A stretch of 64,000 bases of DNA from an uncultured Lachnospiraceae bacterium (GTDB taxonomy: Bacteria; Bacillota; Clostridia; Lachnospirales; Lachnospiraceae): NCBI GenBank assembly GCA_946534145.1, contig CAMNCH010000001.1, forward strand, positions 32,089 through 96,088. The letters are read 5' to 3'. The first letter of the stretch is position 1. Every line of letters begins with the position of its first letter. The notes under the pieces are model-generated. The model was not told the origin of the DNA. It did not search any database and saw only the letters and a list, made by a program, of their open reading frames with translations. Of this stretch, positions 9,745 to 18,866 are shown in pieces. Both the position numbers and the translations under genes were made by a program.

Positions 9745-11574
9745 ATGAATCAGAGTGAATACTTCACAAAAGAAATCGGAAGAATTGACGAGGACTGTCA
9801 GACAAAGCTTCATGAAGAGATAGACAAGTCCAATCTTGAGAACTTCAAAAAAATCAGAAATCTCGGCATTACCCATGTTTTAGTAATACTTGCGGTTCTG
9901 GCACTTACTGCTTTTACCCTTTATGTTGTGGATAAAAGGGGCTTTTTCGCAGTGTGTTTTTTGGCTGCGCTTCTGGAAGTCCTTATAGTATGCAGTCTCT
10001 GCAAATCCCTTAAAAAAGCTATTTTAAGCCACAGGGACAAAGAAAACTCAATCTTTAAAAACGCCATAGGCGAAATAACGGAAGTAGCCAGAAACGAAAG
10101 AAAAAAGGACTATTTAAAAAACAGCTACATCGAGGAACTTTCTTACGATATCGACATACCCTTAAGTGCCATTATAGGCTTAAGCGATAAGATTTTCAGA
10201 GATTCCACGGAAATGAACATTATAGAGAGTGCGGCCAAACTCGGCGGAGTAATGGGCGCTCTGCATACCTACGTTAACGACCTTTGCATATCCTCAAGAC
10301 TGGGGCTTGATAAGCTTGAAATAAAAAATGCGCCTTACGACATAGGCATAATGCTCTGCGACATCGAAAATCTGGGCATTAAAGTGGCAGATGAAAAGGG
10401 CATTAAGCTAAACTTTGATATTAACAACGACATTCCCGCCATACTGATGGGTGATGAGAACCATATAGAGCTTATTGTTTTAAAGCTTATAGCCAATGCC
10501 TTAAAATACACCGACGAGGGAACGGTTACCCTGACGGTGGGCTTTGTGGAAGTATCGGACAAAGAAATTCTTTTAAACATTTCCGTCCAGGACACGGGCC
10601 GCGGCATAAAAGAGGAGGATCTCGAAAAGTTCTTTTCCAAGAACAAAACCGCCGAGGAAGCGCTGCTTGAAGGCGGCAGCCTTGCCATGTGCATGTCCAA
10701 AACCCTTCTTGAAAAGATGGATTCGGAATTAAGAGTAGAGAGTAAATTCACTCAGGGCTCGGAATTCCGCTTCATGGTCAAGCAGGAAGTCATAGACAAA
10801 ACACCCGTTGGAAAGCGCGAGGACGCCATTGCGAGACTTCGTAAAAAGGATATGCAGGAGAGAGGAATGACGGAAGAAACAGCCACACCTGCAACCGTCG
10901 CTCCGAAGGCAAAAGAAGAGCCCGCACCCTCACCGACACCCGTAAAAGAACCTGTCGCTCCGGCACCGGCCATAGAAGAACCTGCGGAAACGGACGACGT
11001 ATTCCTTAAGAAACTTGGCACCGTCAAGGATCTTTCCGTAACCGACGGCATTAAAAACGCAGGCTCAGAAGAAATATACAAAAAGGTCATCTCCGACTTT
11101 GCCGGCAGTGCCTTAAGCAAGGCTGACGATATAGAGATGCTTTTTGAAAAAGAAGACATCAGAAACTACACCATCGAAGTTCACGCGCTTAAATCCGCCG
11201 CCCGCATAATAGGTTACAAAAAACTGTCAAAACTGGCGGAAGCGCTGGAAGATGCCGGCAACGCAAACGACCTTGTGTGCATTAAAAATGCCACCGGCGA
11301 ACTTATTAAACTCTACAGAAATATTGCGGAAGAAATAGAAAAAGCCGAGGACGACGGCACGGAAAAAGAACCGATTGACGACGAAAGCCTTAAAGACGCC
11401 GTAAGAAGTCTTAAGGAATTTGCGGAAGTTTTTGATTTTGATTCCGTGGACTTTGTCATGAAAGAATTAAAGAAGTACCGAATACCCGAGGACTTTAAAG
11501 ATAAGTACTCAAAGCTTAAAACTCTTGTCGCACAGGTCGACAGGGATGCAATAATAGAATTGCTTAAAGAATAG
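9745..11574 (+). CDS. Membrane sensor histidine-kinase-like protein with degenerate H-box and C-terminal Hpt domain
   Basis: Two TM segments. H-box reads SYDIDIP rather than SHEIRTP. N box LIANALKYT, G1 DTGRGI, degenerate G2 GGSLA. Hpt VHALKSAARIIG. ATG 9745 preferred over TTG 9712. Confidence 0.8.
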   Translation: MNQSEYFTKEIGRIDEDCQTKLHEEIDKSNLENFKKIRNLGITHVLVILAVLALTAFTLYVVDKRGFFAVCFLAALLEVLIVCSLCKSLKKAILSHRDKENSIFKNAIGEITEVARNERKKDYLKNSYIEELSYDIDIPLSAIIGLSDKIFRDSTEMNIIESAAKLGGVMGALHTYVNDLCISSRLGLDKLEIKNAPYDIGIMLCDIENLGIKVADEKGIKLNFDINNDIPAILMGDENHIELIVLKLIANALKYTDEGTVTLTVGFVEVSDKEILLNISVQDTGRGIKEEDLEKFFSKNKTAEEALLEGGSLAMCMSKTLLEKMDSELRVESKFTQGSEFRFMVKQEVIDKTPVGKREDAIARLRKKDMQERGMTEETATPATVAPKAKEEPAPSPTPVKEPVAPAPAIEEPAETDDVFLKKLGTVKDLSVTDGIKNAGSEEIYKKVISDFAGSALSKADDIEMLFEKEDIRNYTIEVHALKSAARIIGYKKLSKLAEALEDAGNANDLVCIKNATGELIKLYRNIAEEIEKAEDDGTEKEPIDDESLKDAVRSLKEFAEVFDFDSVDFVMKELKKYRIPEDFKDKYSKLKTLVAQVDRDAIIELLKE

Positions 11575-11592
11575 GAAAAGAGGTTTTTTTCC

Positions 11593-12360
11593 ATGGAAAA
11601 ACGAGTTTTGTTTATTGGGGAAACGAATTCATTCATTGTAAATTCACTTAAGGACGGCTTAAAGGAACCGGGCTTTGAATGCCTTTTTTGCAAGCTTGAC
11701 GTAACCGACATAAGCAGACTTACGGACAAGCCGGACTTTTTCTTTATCTACGCGGACGAGCGTACCATTCAGGAAAAAGAAGCCCTTATATATGTGCGGG
11801 ACATATGCGTGGAAGAGGAAAAGAAAGTGTTCCTGGCAGGTTACGCGGAAGAACTTCAAGTCATTGAGGACATATTCCCTTCCGAATGCCTCGGCGGTCG
11901 TTTTGAGCGCCCCATAAACGTCAAAGAAATCGCCGAAACCCTTCTCTACGCAGTTGAGAACAAAGAATCTCTCGAAAGCAGAAAACACATCCTTCTTGTG
12001 GACGATTCGGGCACCATGCTTAGGACCATCAAAGGCTGGCTTGAGGGCAAATACCGCATATCCATGACCAATTCCGCAACCAGCGCAATAGCCTTTCTTG
12101 CGGTTAACGAGCCCGACCTTATTTTGCTCGACTACGAAATGCCCGTATGCTCCGGCCCCCAGATGCTTCAGATGATTCGCTCGGAGATTAAGACCGAAAA
12201 CATCCCCGTAATATTCCTTACAGCCAAAGGTGACAAAGAAAGCGTCGCCAAAGTTTTAAGCTTAAAACCCCAGGGTTACCTCTTAAAATCCATGAAGCCT
12301 TCACAAATTGTGGAAGCAATTGATAATTTCTTTGCAACACAGAAGGCAAAGGGTATATAA
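11593..12360 (+). CDS. Response regulator with two receiver-like domains and no output domain
   Basis: C-terminal REC: ILLVDDS, LILLDYEMP, FLTA, YLLK. N-terminal half is REC-like but lacks the acidic pocket (FIGET, FIYAD). Confidence 0.8.
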   Translation: MEKRVLFIGETNSFIVNSLKDGLKEPGFECLFCKLDVTDISRLTDKPDFFFIYADERTIQEKEALIYVRDICVEEEKKVFLAGYAEELQVIEDIFPSECLGGRFERPINVKEIAETLLYAVENKESLESRKHILLVDDSGTMLRTIKGWLEGKYRISMTNSATSAIAFLAVNEPDLILLDYEMPVCSGPQMLQMIRSEIKTENIPVIFLTAKGDKESVAKVLSLKPQGYLLKSMKPSQIVEAIDNFFATQKAKGI

Positions 12361-12452
12361 TAAAGCGTGAATGATTTATTCATTCATAGCGCCGCTTATT
12401 GACAAGCCATGCGGTCAATAAGATGCACGTAAATGATTATTAAGGGGTTTTT

Positions 12453-12734
12453 ATGAGCGACACAGAAACAAAGCTTTCCGCTTACCGCAAAGACATTAAC
12501 GAAATAGACGATAAGCTGGTTAAGCTCTTCATAAAAAGAATGGAAACAGCAGGTAAGATTGGCTCTTTAAAGAAAGAAGCCGGCTTACCTGTTTTGAATG
12601 TAAAAAGAGAAGAAGAAGTCAAAAAGCGTCTGACAGAGGATGTTCCGGAAGATTACAAAGAATCCGTGGATAAACTTTACGACGCTATTTTTTCGATTTC
12701 AAGAGAGCATCAGGAGAGCCTTAAGAGGCAATAA
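12453..12734 (+). CDS. Monofunctional chorismate mutase, AroQ class
   Basis: LSAYRKDINEIDDKLVKLFIKRM...K...LPVL...REEEV...I...SR pattern. Confidence 0.88.
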   Translation: MSDTETKLSAYRKDINEIDDKLVKLFIKRMETAGKIGSLKKEAGLPVLNVKREEEVKKRLTEDVPEDYKESVDKLYDAIFSISREHQESLKRQ

Positions 12735-12755
12735 AAATATTGAGAGGGTTATATT

Positions 12756-15023
12756 ATGAAATTTAAAGGACTTAAGAGAGAATGCGCCGCATCCTCATGG
12801 GACGAGGCGCTGCCCATAGGTAACGGCACCATCGGCGGACTTGTGTTCGGAGAGCCTCTTCACGAGACGATTATTACCAATCACGAAGAGCTTTTTTTGC
12901 CCATGCCCGAGAATGCGGAGAGCCATCCTTACAACGGTAAGCCTTATGTGGAAGGCATGCGCAAGCTTTTATTTGAGGGCAAATACCGTGAGGCTTTTGA
13001 ATATTATTCAAGGGGCCTTGAGAAAGACGGAGCTCCTTACGAGACCATAGTCTGGACCAATCCTTTCGAGACTGCCCAGAAGCTTCATTTTGACATGGAA
13101 GAGGGTACGGTGTCGGATTATGTTCAGAAGCTTGATTTCAGAACGGGCGAAGCTACGGTTTCTTTTTCCTATAACGGTGAAAATATTACCAGAAAGAGTT
13201 TCGTATCAAGAAGCCGCGACATCATGGCTACGGAGATTCGCAAAGAAGGCAATCCTTTAAGCCTTGAGGTTTCCATGGCACCCTTTAAAGACGCCCATCA
13301 CATCGAGAGCATTTCCATGGTGGCCGACGGCGAATATCTGGTATGCGAAGCATTCCATTCCGAGGAAGAATCGGGCTATGTGGCTGCGGCAAGAGTGATT
13401 ACCGACGGCGTATGCGAGGCTACTTCCGACAACACCTTTAAGGTTACCAAGGCCAATTACGTGCTTGTTTTTTATACCCTTGCGCCCTGGCGCCTTCGCA
13501 TGGAAGCGGAGAAGGTTAAGCTTTTAAAGATTTTAAGAGATATGACTCCCGACTATGAAGCCCTGTTCAAGGAACATGTGGTGATTCACAAGGATTTGTT
13601 TGAAAAGGTTACCGTGGACTTTAGCGATGCCACGGAAGAATACACCAACGAGCAGCTTCGCGACATGTGTACCGCAGATACACTTTCGCCTCTTTTTCTT
13701 GAGAGAATGTGCGACATGGGACGTTACATGGATATTGCAAGCTTCGGCAAGCTCCCTCCCAACCTTCAGGGAGTCTGGAACGGCCTTGTAAATCCCCCCT
13801 GGAGCTCGGATTACACCCTTGACGAGAACATCCAGATGATGATGTGGCCCGTGCTTCCCGGCGGCTTAAACGGCTTCTCGAGAGTTTATTTTGAATGGCT
13901 TGAGTCCTATACCGAGGACTTTAGATTAAACGCGGAGAAATACTACGGCTGCAGAGGAATATTCTCCGCACCGAGAGTTACCACCGACGGCTACCACAGA
14001 CATTACTGCCACCAGTGGCCCATGCTTACATGGACTGCGGGAGCGGGCTGGCTTTCAAGCGAATACATGAGATACTACGACTATACCGGTGATGAAAACG
14101 TTCTTTTAAGGGGCGTCAAGTACTGGAAAGAAGTGGTACTGTTTTACGAAGACTTTCTGGTGGAGGATGACAAGGGCCGCTACGTATTTGCACCTTCCTA
14201 TTCCCCCGAGAATACACCTCTCGGAAGCGATTCGCCCGTAGCGATTAACGCTACCATGGACGTGTCAGTAGCCAAAGAAGTCTATACAAATTTAATCAAG
14301 GCCTGCGAAATTCTTGATATTGAAAAAGAAAACCTTTCACAGTGGAAGAAGGAACTTTCCAAGCTTCCCGACTACGCAGTCAATGAAGACGGCGCCTTAA
14401 AAGAATGGATTCCCGCAGAACTTAAGGACGATTATCATCACAGACACTCATCCCACCTTTATATGGTATTCCCGGGATATGAGGCTTTGGAGTCCGGCGA
14501 CGATGCGCTTATGGATGCCTGCCACAAGGCCGCAAGATTCAGACTTATTGACGGTGTGGAGGCGATTTCCGGATGGGGACTTGCCCACCTTGCCAATATT
14601 TCCGCACGCTTAAAGGATGCAGACCTTTGGTACAAGGCCATCAACCGCCTTGTATCTGTATTTACCCTTGGCAATCTGTTTACCTCGCACAATGAACATT
14701 TTCTTTTCCAGATGGATGCCAACTGCGGACTTACCAATGCGGTTTATGAGATGATAGCCTACTCGGGAGAGGACAGAGTAAGCTTCTTCCCTGTATGGAG
14801 AGACGACTTTGACAACCTTACCGTTAAGGGCTTAAGACTTAAAGGTGTTGTGAGGATTTCGGAACTTAGTAAGACAAAGGATTCCTTTTATGTTAAAATG
14901 GACTCTCAGGGCAGAAGAGACATAAGGGTTGAACTTCCCGACGGATTCTCTCTTGATAACGGAGATACGGAGCTTATGCTTTATTCGGGAGAGACTTTGG
15001 AATTTAAAGCATACAGACGATGA
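12756..15023 (+). CDS. Glycoside hydrolase family 95 (alpha-L-fucosidase / alpha-L-galactosidase-like), cytoplasmic
   Basis: WDEALPIGNG, LPPNLQGVW, PSYSPEN, HRHSSHL, FQMDANCG; no signal peptide. Confidence 0.88.
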   Translation: MKFKGLKRECAASSWDEALPIGNGTIGGLVFGEPLHETIITNHEELFLPMPENAESHPYNGKPYVEGMRKLLFEGKYREAFEYYSRGLEKDGAPYETIVWTNPFETAQKLHFDMEEGTVSDYVQKLDFRTGEATVSFSYNGENITRKSFVSRSRDIMATEIRKEGNPLSLEVSMAPFKDAHHIESISMVADGEYLVCEAFHSEEESGYVAAARVITDGVCEATSDNTFKVTKANYVLVFYTLAPWRLRMEAEKVKLLKILRDMTPDYEALFKEHVVIHKDLFEKVTVDFSDATEEYTNEQLRDMCTADTLSPLFLERMCDMGRYMDIASFGKLPPNLQGVWNGLVNPPWSSDYTLDENIQMMMWPVLPGGLNGFSRVYFEWLESYTEDFRLNAEKYYGCRGIFSAPRVTTDGYHRHYCHQWPMLTWTAGAGWLSSEYMRYYDYTGDENVLLRGVKYWKEVVLFYEDFLVEDDKGRYVFAPSYSPENTPLGSDSPVAINATMDVSVAKEVYTNLIKACEILDIEKENLSQWKKELSKLPDYAVNEDGALKEWIPAELKDDYHHRHSSHLYMVFPGYEALESGDDALMDACHKAARFRLIDGVEAISGWGLAHLANISARLKDADLWYKAINRLVSVFTLGNLFTSHNEHFLFQMDANCGLTNAVYEMIAYSGEDRVSFFPVWRDDFDNLTVKGLRLKGVVRISELSKTKDSFYVKMDSQGRRDIRVELPDGFSLDNGDTELMLYSGETLEFKAYRR

Positions 15024-15108
15024 AAAATGTTTTAAAACTCATGCCTATGTGATACAATAATTCTGGTGTGTACTTTCGCACCTTCAAGAATCTATTCAAG
15101 GGGACAAT

Positions 15109-16098
15109 ATGGTGGAGAATACCAATCAGACCGCTAAATCCCCCAAAAGGCAGAAAAGAGTTAAACGTCTTAAGAAGATTATAGTCGGAACCTTTTTGAC
15201 GGTGACGATTCTTCCCACGGTTTTGAGCATTTTCTTTGGCATCTCAAGGGCGCATTACAAGGCGGCTCTTAAGGAGAAGACCGAGGAACTTAACTATTAT
15301 CTTGAGTTGGGCAGCGAGGCCGAATTTTTTGAAGAACAGATACCGGAAGCTTTAACCGACGATGCCGCTGTTTCGGAGGCCGCTCCGACGGTCAGGCGCG
15401 AGAATCTTACGGACGATGACATAAAGAATCTCTCTTTAAGTGATGAAGAGCTCTACGAAGGCTACAGGAAGATTTATCTGACTTTCGACGACGGTCCCAG
15501 TTCCAATACGGATGCCATACTCGATATTTTGAAGGAGTATGACGTGAAGGCCACTTTCTTTGTGGTTCAGCACGAGGGACGTAATTTCGAAAGGCTTTAC
15601 AGAAGAATCGTTGATGAGGGACATTCCCTCGGAATGCATTCCTGTACCCATGTTTATTCGGACCTGTACTCTGACAGGGATGCCTTTATGGAGGATACGA
15701 CAAGGCTTAGAAATTTCCTGTATCTTGTAACGGGTACGGAGTCGGACATATACAGATTCCCGGGTGGCAGCACCAACAGGGCTTCGGCAACGGACATGCA
15801 TGAATTTGCGGATGCACTCAGGGAAGACGGCATAGTTTTCTTTGACTGGAACGTTTCATCCAGAGACGCTACGGCCGGAGGCGTGTCAAGGGACGCCATC
15901 ATTAACAATGTTACGAGAGAGATAGGCAAGCACACGGAGTCCATAGTGTTGTTCCATGACCTTGGCTCCAAGACCACCACGGTGGAAGCACTTCCCGCAG
16001 TCATAGAGTATATTCAGGCTATGGATGACGCGGTTTTGCTTCCCATCACCAGAGAAACCGATCCGATACAGTTTTTATCGGTTAAAGAAGATAATTAA
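15109..16098 (+). CDS. Membrane-anchored NodB-family polysaccharide (peptidoglycan) deacetylase
   Basis: N-terminal TM; LTFDDGP, HSCTH, RFPGGS, DWNVSSRDA, VLFHD. Extended -10 TGATACAAT at 15050-58. Confidence 0.9.
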   Translation: MVENTNQTAKSPKRQKRVKRLKKIIVGTFLTVTILPTVLSIFFGISRAHYKAALKEKTEELNYYLELGSEAEFFEEQIPEALTDDAAVSEAAPTVRRENLTDDDIKNLSLSDEELYEGYRKIYLTFDDGPSSNTDAILDILKEYDVKATFFVVQHEGRNFERLYRRIVDEGHSLGMHSCTHVYSDLYSDRDAFMEDTTRLRNFLYLVTGTESDIYRFPGGSTNRASATDMHEFADALREDGIVFFDWNVSSRDATAGGVSRDAIINNVTREIGKHTESIVLFHDLGSKTTTVEALPAVIEYIQAMDDAVLLPITRETDPIQFLSVKEDN

Positions 16099-16120
16099 AG
16101 ATATACGGGAGGATAATAAA

Positions 16121-16783
16121 ATGGGATTTTTTTCAGATTTAAAGGAAGACCTTAATCAGGCGGTAACGGAGCTTACTCCCGAAGCCGGCGAAGCTTCCGA
16201 AGCAGTTAAGGAGGAAGAAACCAAGCTTGATATGGAGGCTCTTTTGGACAATATCGATGAAACGGTTTCAAAGGTTTCAGAGGAACCCGCTGCAGACAGA
16301 AAGCCTGCACCCAAGTTTTCCGATGAGACCGCTACCATCACGGCGGGAATGGACATTACGGGTGACATCACTTCCGCAGGTTCAGTAGATTTGCTTGGTT
16401 CCGTTAAGGGTAACATTACCATCAGCGGCAAGCTCAATATTTTGGGTTCCATCGAAGGCGATTCCAAGGCATCCGAGATTTACGCCGAGAACGCCAAGAT
16501 TATGGGCGAAGTTAATTCCACAGGCTCCGTTAAGGTAGGACAGAGCACGGTTATTATCGGTAACATCTTTGCCACCAGCGCAGTTATCGCAGGTGCGGTT
16601 AAGGGTGATATAGATGTTAAGGGCCCCGTTGTTCTTGATACATCAGCCATCGTAATGGGCAACATCAAGAGTAAATCCGTACAGATTAACAACGGTGCGG
16701 TTATTGAAGGTATCTGCTCACAGTGCTACGCAGATGTCAGTCCCACATCCTTCTTTGACGAATTCAAGAAGAATAAAAAGTAA
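16121..16783 (+). CDS. Bactofilin (polymer-forming cytoskeletal protein) with extended beta-helix
   Basis: GGAGG RBS before ATG 16121; repeated I/V-x-G-x-I/V windings (ITGDI, VKGNI, IEGDS, IMGEV, IIGNI, VKGDI, VMGNI, GAVIEG). Confidence 0.88.
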   Translation: MGFFSDLKEDLNQAVTELTPEAGEASEAVKEEETKLDMEALLDNIDETVSKVSEEPAADRKPAPKFSDETATITAGMDITGDITSAGSVDLLGSVKGNITISGKLNILGSIEGDSKASEIYAENAKIMGEVNSTGSVKVGQSTVIIGNIFATSAVIAGAVKGDIDVKGPVVLDTSAIVMGNIKSKSVQINNGAVIEGICSQCYADVSPTSFFDEFKKNKK

Positions 16784-16801
16784 TAGGAGAGAAGTCAGTA
16801 T

Positions 16802-17491
16802 ATGCGCATAATACTCAAATTAAGCGGTGAAGCTTTGGCCGGAGACAAAAAAACCGGTTTTGACGAGGAAACCGTAAGAGGCGTCGCAAGACAGGTTAAA
16901 GAAATCAGCGGTAAGAATGAAGTAGCCATCGTAATAGGCGGAGGCAATTTCTGGAGAGGACGTACCAGCGAAAGAATCGACAGAGTAAAGGCCGACCAGA
17001 TCGGTATGCTTGCAACCGTTATGAACTGTCTCTACGTTTCCGAAATCTTCAGAAGCGAAGGAATGGATACGGAGATTATGACTCCCTTTATCTGCTCCAC
17101 CTTTACAAGACAGTTCAATAAAGACGATGCTTTGAAGGCTCTTAAGGAGCATAAGGTTGTGTTCTTTGCCGGCGGCACCGGACATCCTTATTTCTCCACT
17201 GATATGGGTATCGTACTTAAGGCTGTTGAAATCGAAGCGGATGCGGTATTGCTTGCCAAATCCATCGACGGAGTTTATGATGACGATCCTGCGAAAAACC
17301 CTAATGCCCAAAAATTTGACGAGATTTCCCTTGAGGAACTTGTTAAGCGTGGCTTAAAGGTTGTGGACACCACCGCAAGCGCACTTGCACTTGAGAATAA
17401 AGTACCTTTCATGGTATTTGATTTGAACGAAGAAAACAGTATAGTAAATGCTTTGTCCGGCAAATTCAACGGCACAAAGGTTACCGCATAG
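16802..17491 (+). CDS. pyrH: UMP kinase
   Basis: LKLSGEALAG, IGGGNFWRG, DQIGMLATVMN, GTGHPYFSTD. Confidence 0.97.
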   Translation: MRIILKLSGEALAGDKKTGFDEETVRGVARQVKEISGKNEVAIVIGGGNFWRGRTSERIDRVKADQIGMLATVMNCLYVSEIFRSEGMDTEIMTPFICSTFTRQFNKDDALKALKEHKVVFFAGGTGHPYFSTDMGIVLKAVEIEADAVLLAKSIDGVYDDDPAKNPNAQKFDEISLEELVKRGLKVVDTTASALALENKVPFMVFDLNEENSIVNALSGKFNGTKVTA

Positions 17492-17501
17492 GAGGGTACA
17501 T

Positions 17502-18053
17502 ATGGACGAGAGAGTTAAATCTTACAACGAGAAAATGCAGAAGGCATTCGACTTTATGGAGTCTGAACTTGCCACTATCAGAGCGGGACGTGCCAATCCC
17601 CACGTTCTTGACAAGATTCGCGTGGATTACTACGGAACTCCTACCCCCATTCAGCAGGTAGGTAACATTACCGTTCCCGAACCCCGCATTATTCAGATTG
17701 CTCCCTGGGAAAAATCTCTTATTAAGAATATCGAGAAGGCTATCATGGCTTCCGATGTAGGTATTACTCCTTCCAACGACGGTTCCGTTATCCGTCTTGT
17801 TTTCCCCGAACTTACAGAGGAGAGACGTAAGGACCTTGTTAAAGAAGTTAAGAAGAAAGGCGAAGAAGCCAAGGTTGCCATCAGAAACATCAGACGTGAC
17901 GGTAACGACGCATTCAAGAAACTTCAAAAGACCGAGATTTCCGAAGACGAAATCAAGAAACTTGAAGACGAACTTCAGAAGGCTACCGACAAGTTCATTA
18001 AGGACGTTGACGCAGCTGTTGAAGAAAAGAGCAAGGACGTTTTGAAGGTTTGA
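17502..18053 (+). CDS. frr: Ribosome recycling factor
   Basis: IRAGRANP, YYGTPTP, PELTEERRK; GGAGG RBS before ATG 17502. Confidence 0.97.
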   Translation: MDERVKSYNEKMQKAFDFMESELATIRAGRANPHVLDKIRVDYYGTPTPIQQVGNITVPEPRIIQIAPWEKSLIKNIEKAIMASDVGITPSNDGSVIRLVFPELTEERRKDLVKEVKKKGEEAKVAIRNIRRDGNDAFKKLQKTEISEDEIKKLEDELQKATDKFIKDVDAAVEEKSKDVLKV

Positions 18054-18066
18054 TTATTAAAATACG

Positions 18067-18107
18067 AGGCAGGAGAGGAACGTGTCTCCTGCCTTAGTTA
18101 ATTTTTT
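18067..18107 (+). terminator. Hairpin after frr (terminator or stabiliser)
   Basis: AGGCAGGAGA-N8-TCTCCTGCCT; T-run is offset by several bases. Confidence 0.55.
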
Positions 18108-18128
18108 ATAAAAAATAGGTGAATCTTA

Positions 18129-18848
18129 ATGAATATACCCAAATCAGTAGCTATAATACTTGATGGAAACGGCAGATGGGCCAAGGCAAAGGGTATGCCC
18201 CGTACCTACGGACATATTCAGGGAGCCAAGGTTGTTGAGGATATCTGTGAAGACGCATGGAACCTTGGTATCGAGTACCTTACGGTTTATGCTTTTTCCA
18301 CAGAGAACTGGAACAGGCCGGACGATGAAGTGGAAGCTCTTATGAAACTTCTTCGCAACTACATGAAGAACAGTCTTAAGCGTGCTTCCAAGAACAACAT
18401 GAAGGTACAGGTAATCGGCGACAAATCCCGCCTCGCGGACGACATTCGCAAGAGTATCGAAGACCTTGAAAAGGGCACCGAGAATAACACCGGCCTTAAG
18501 TTCACCATCGCCATCAATTACGGCAGCCGTGACGAAATAAGACGTGCGGTTACCAAAATTGCCGAGGAAGTCAAGGCAGGTGAGATTGAGCCCTCCGACA
18601 TTACGGAAGAGATGATTGCGGCTCACCTTGATACCAGAGATATTAAGGACCCCGATTTGCTTATCAGGACCTGCGGAGAGTTAAGAATTTCCAATTTCCT
18701 TCTTTGGCAGATTTCCTATTCGGAGATTTACGTGACCGATGTTCCCTGGCCCGACTTTAATAAGGCAGAACTTATCAAAGCCTGCGAAAGCTATTCGGGA
18801 CGTACCAGAAAGTTCGGCAAAACAGAGGAACAGACCAAGAACCTTTAA
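18129..18848 (+). CDS. uppS: Undecaprenyl diphosphate synthase
   Basis: IILDGNGRWA, YAFSTENW, DPDLLIRTCGELRISNFLLWQ. Confidence 0.97.
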   Translation: MNIPKSVAIILDGNGRWAKAKGMPRTYGHIQGAKVVEDICEDAWNLGIEYLTVYAFSTENWNRPDDEVEALMKLLRNYMKNSLKRASKNNMKVQVIGDKSRLADDIRKSIEDLEKGTENNTGLKFTIAINYGSRDEIRRAVTKIAEEVKAGEIEPSDITEEMIAAHLDTRDIKDPDLLIRTCGELRISNFLLWQISYSEIYVTDVPWPDFNKAELIKACESYSGRTRKFGKTEEQTKNL

Positions 18849-18866
18849 TCGGAGAGATAGTCAGTT

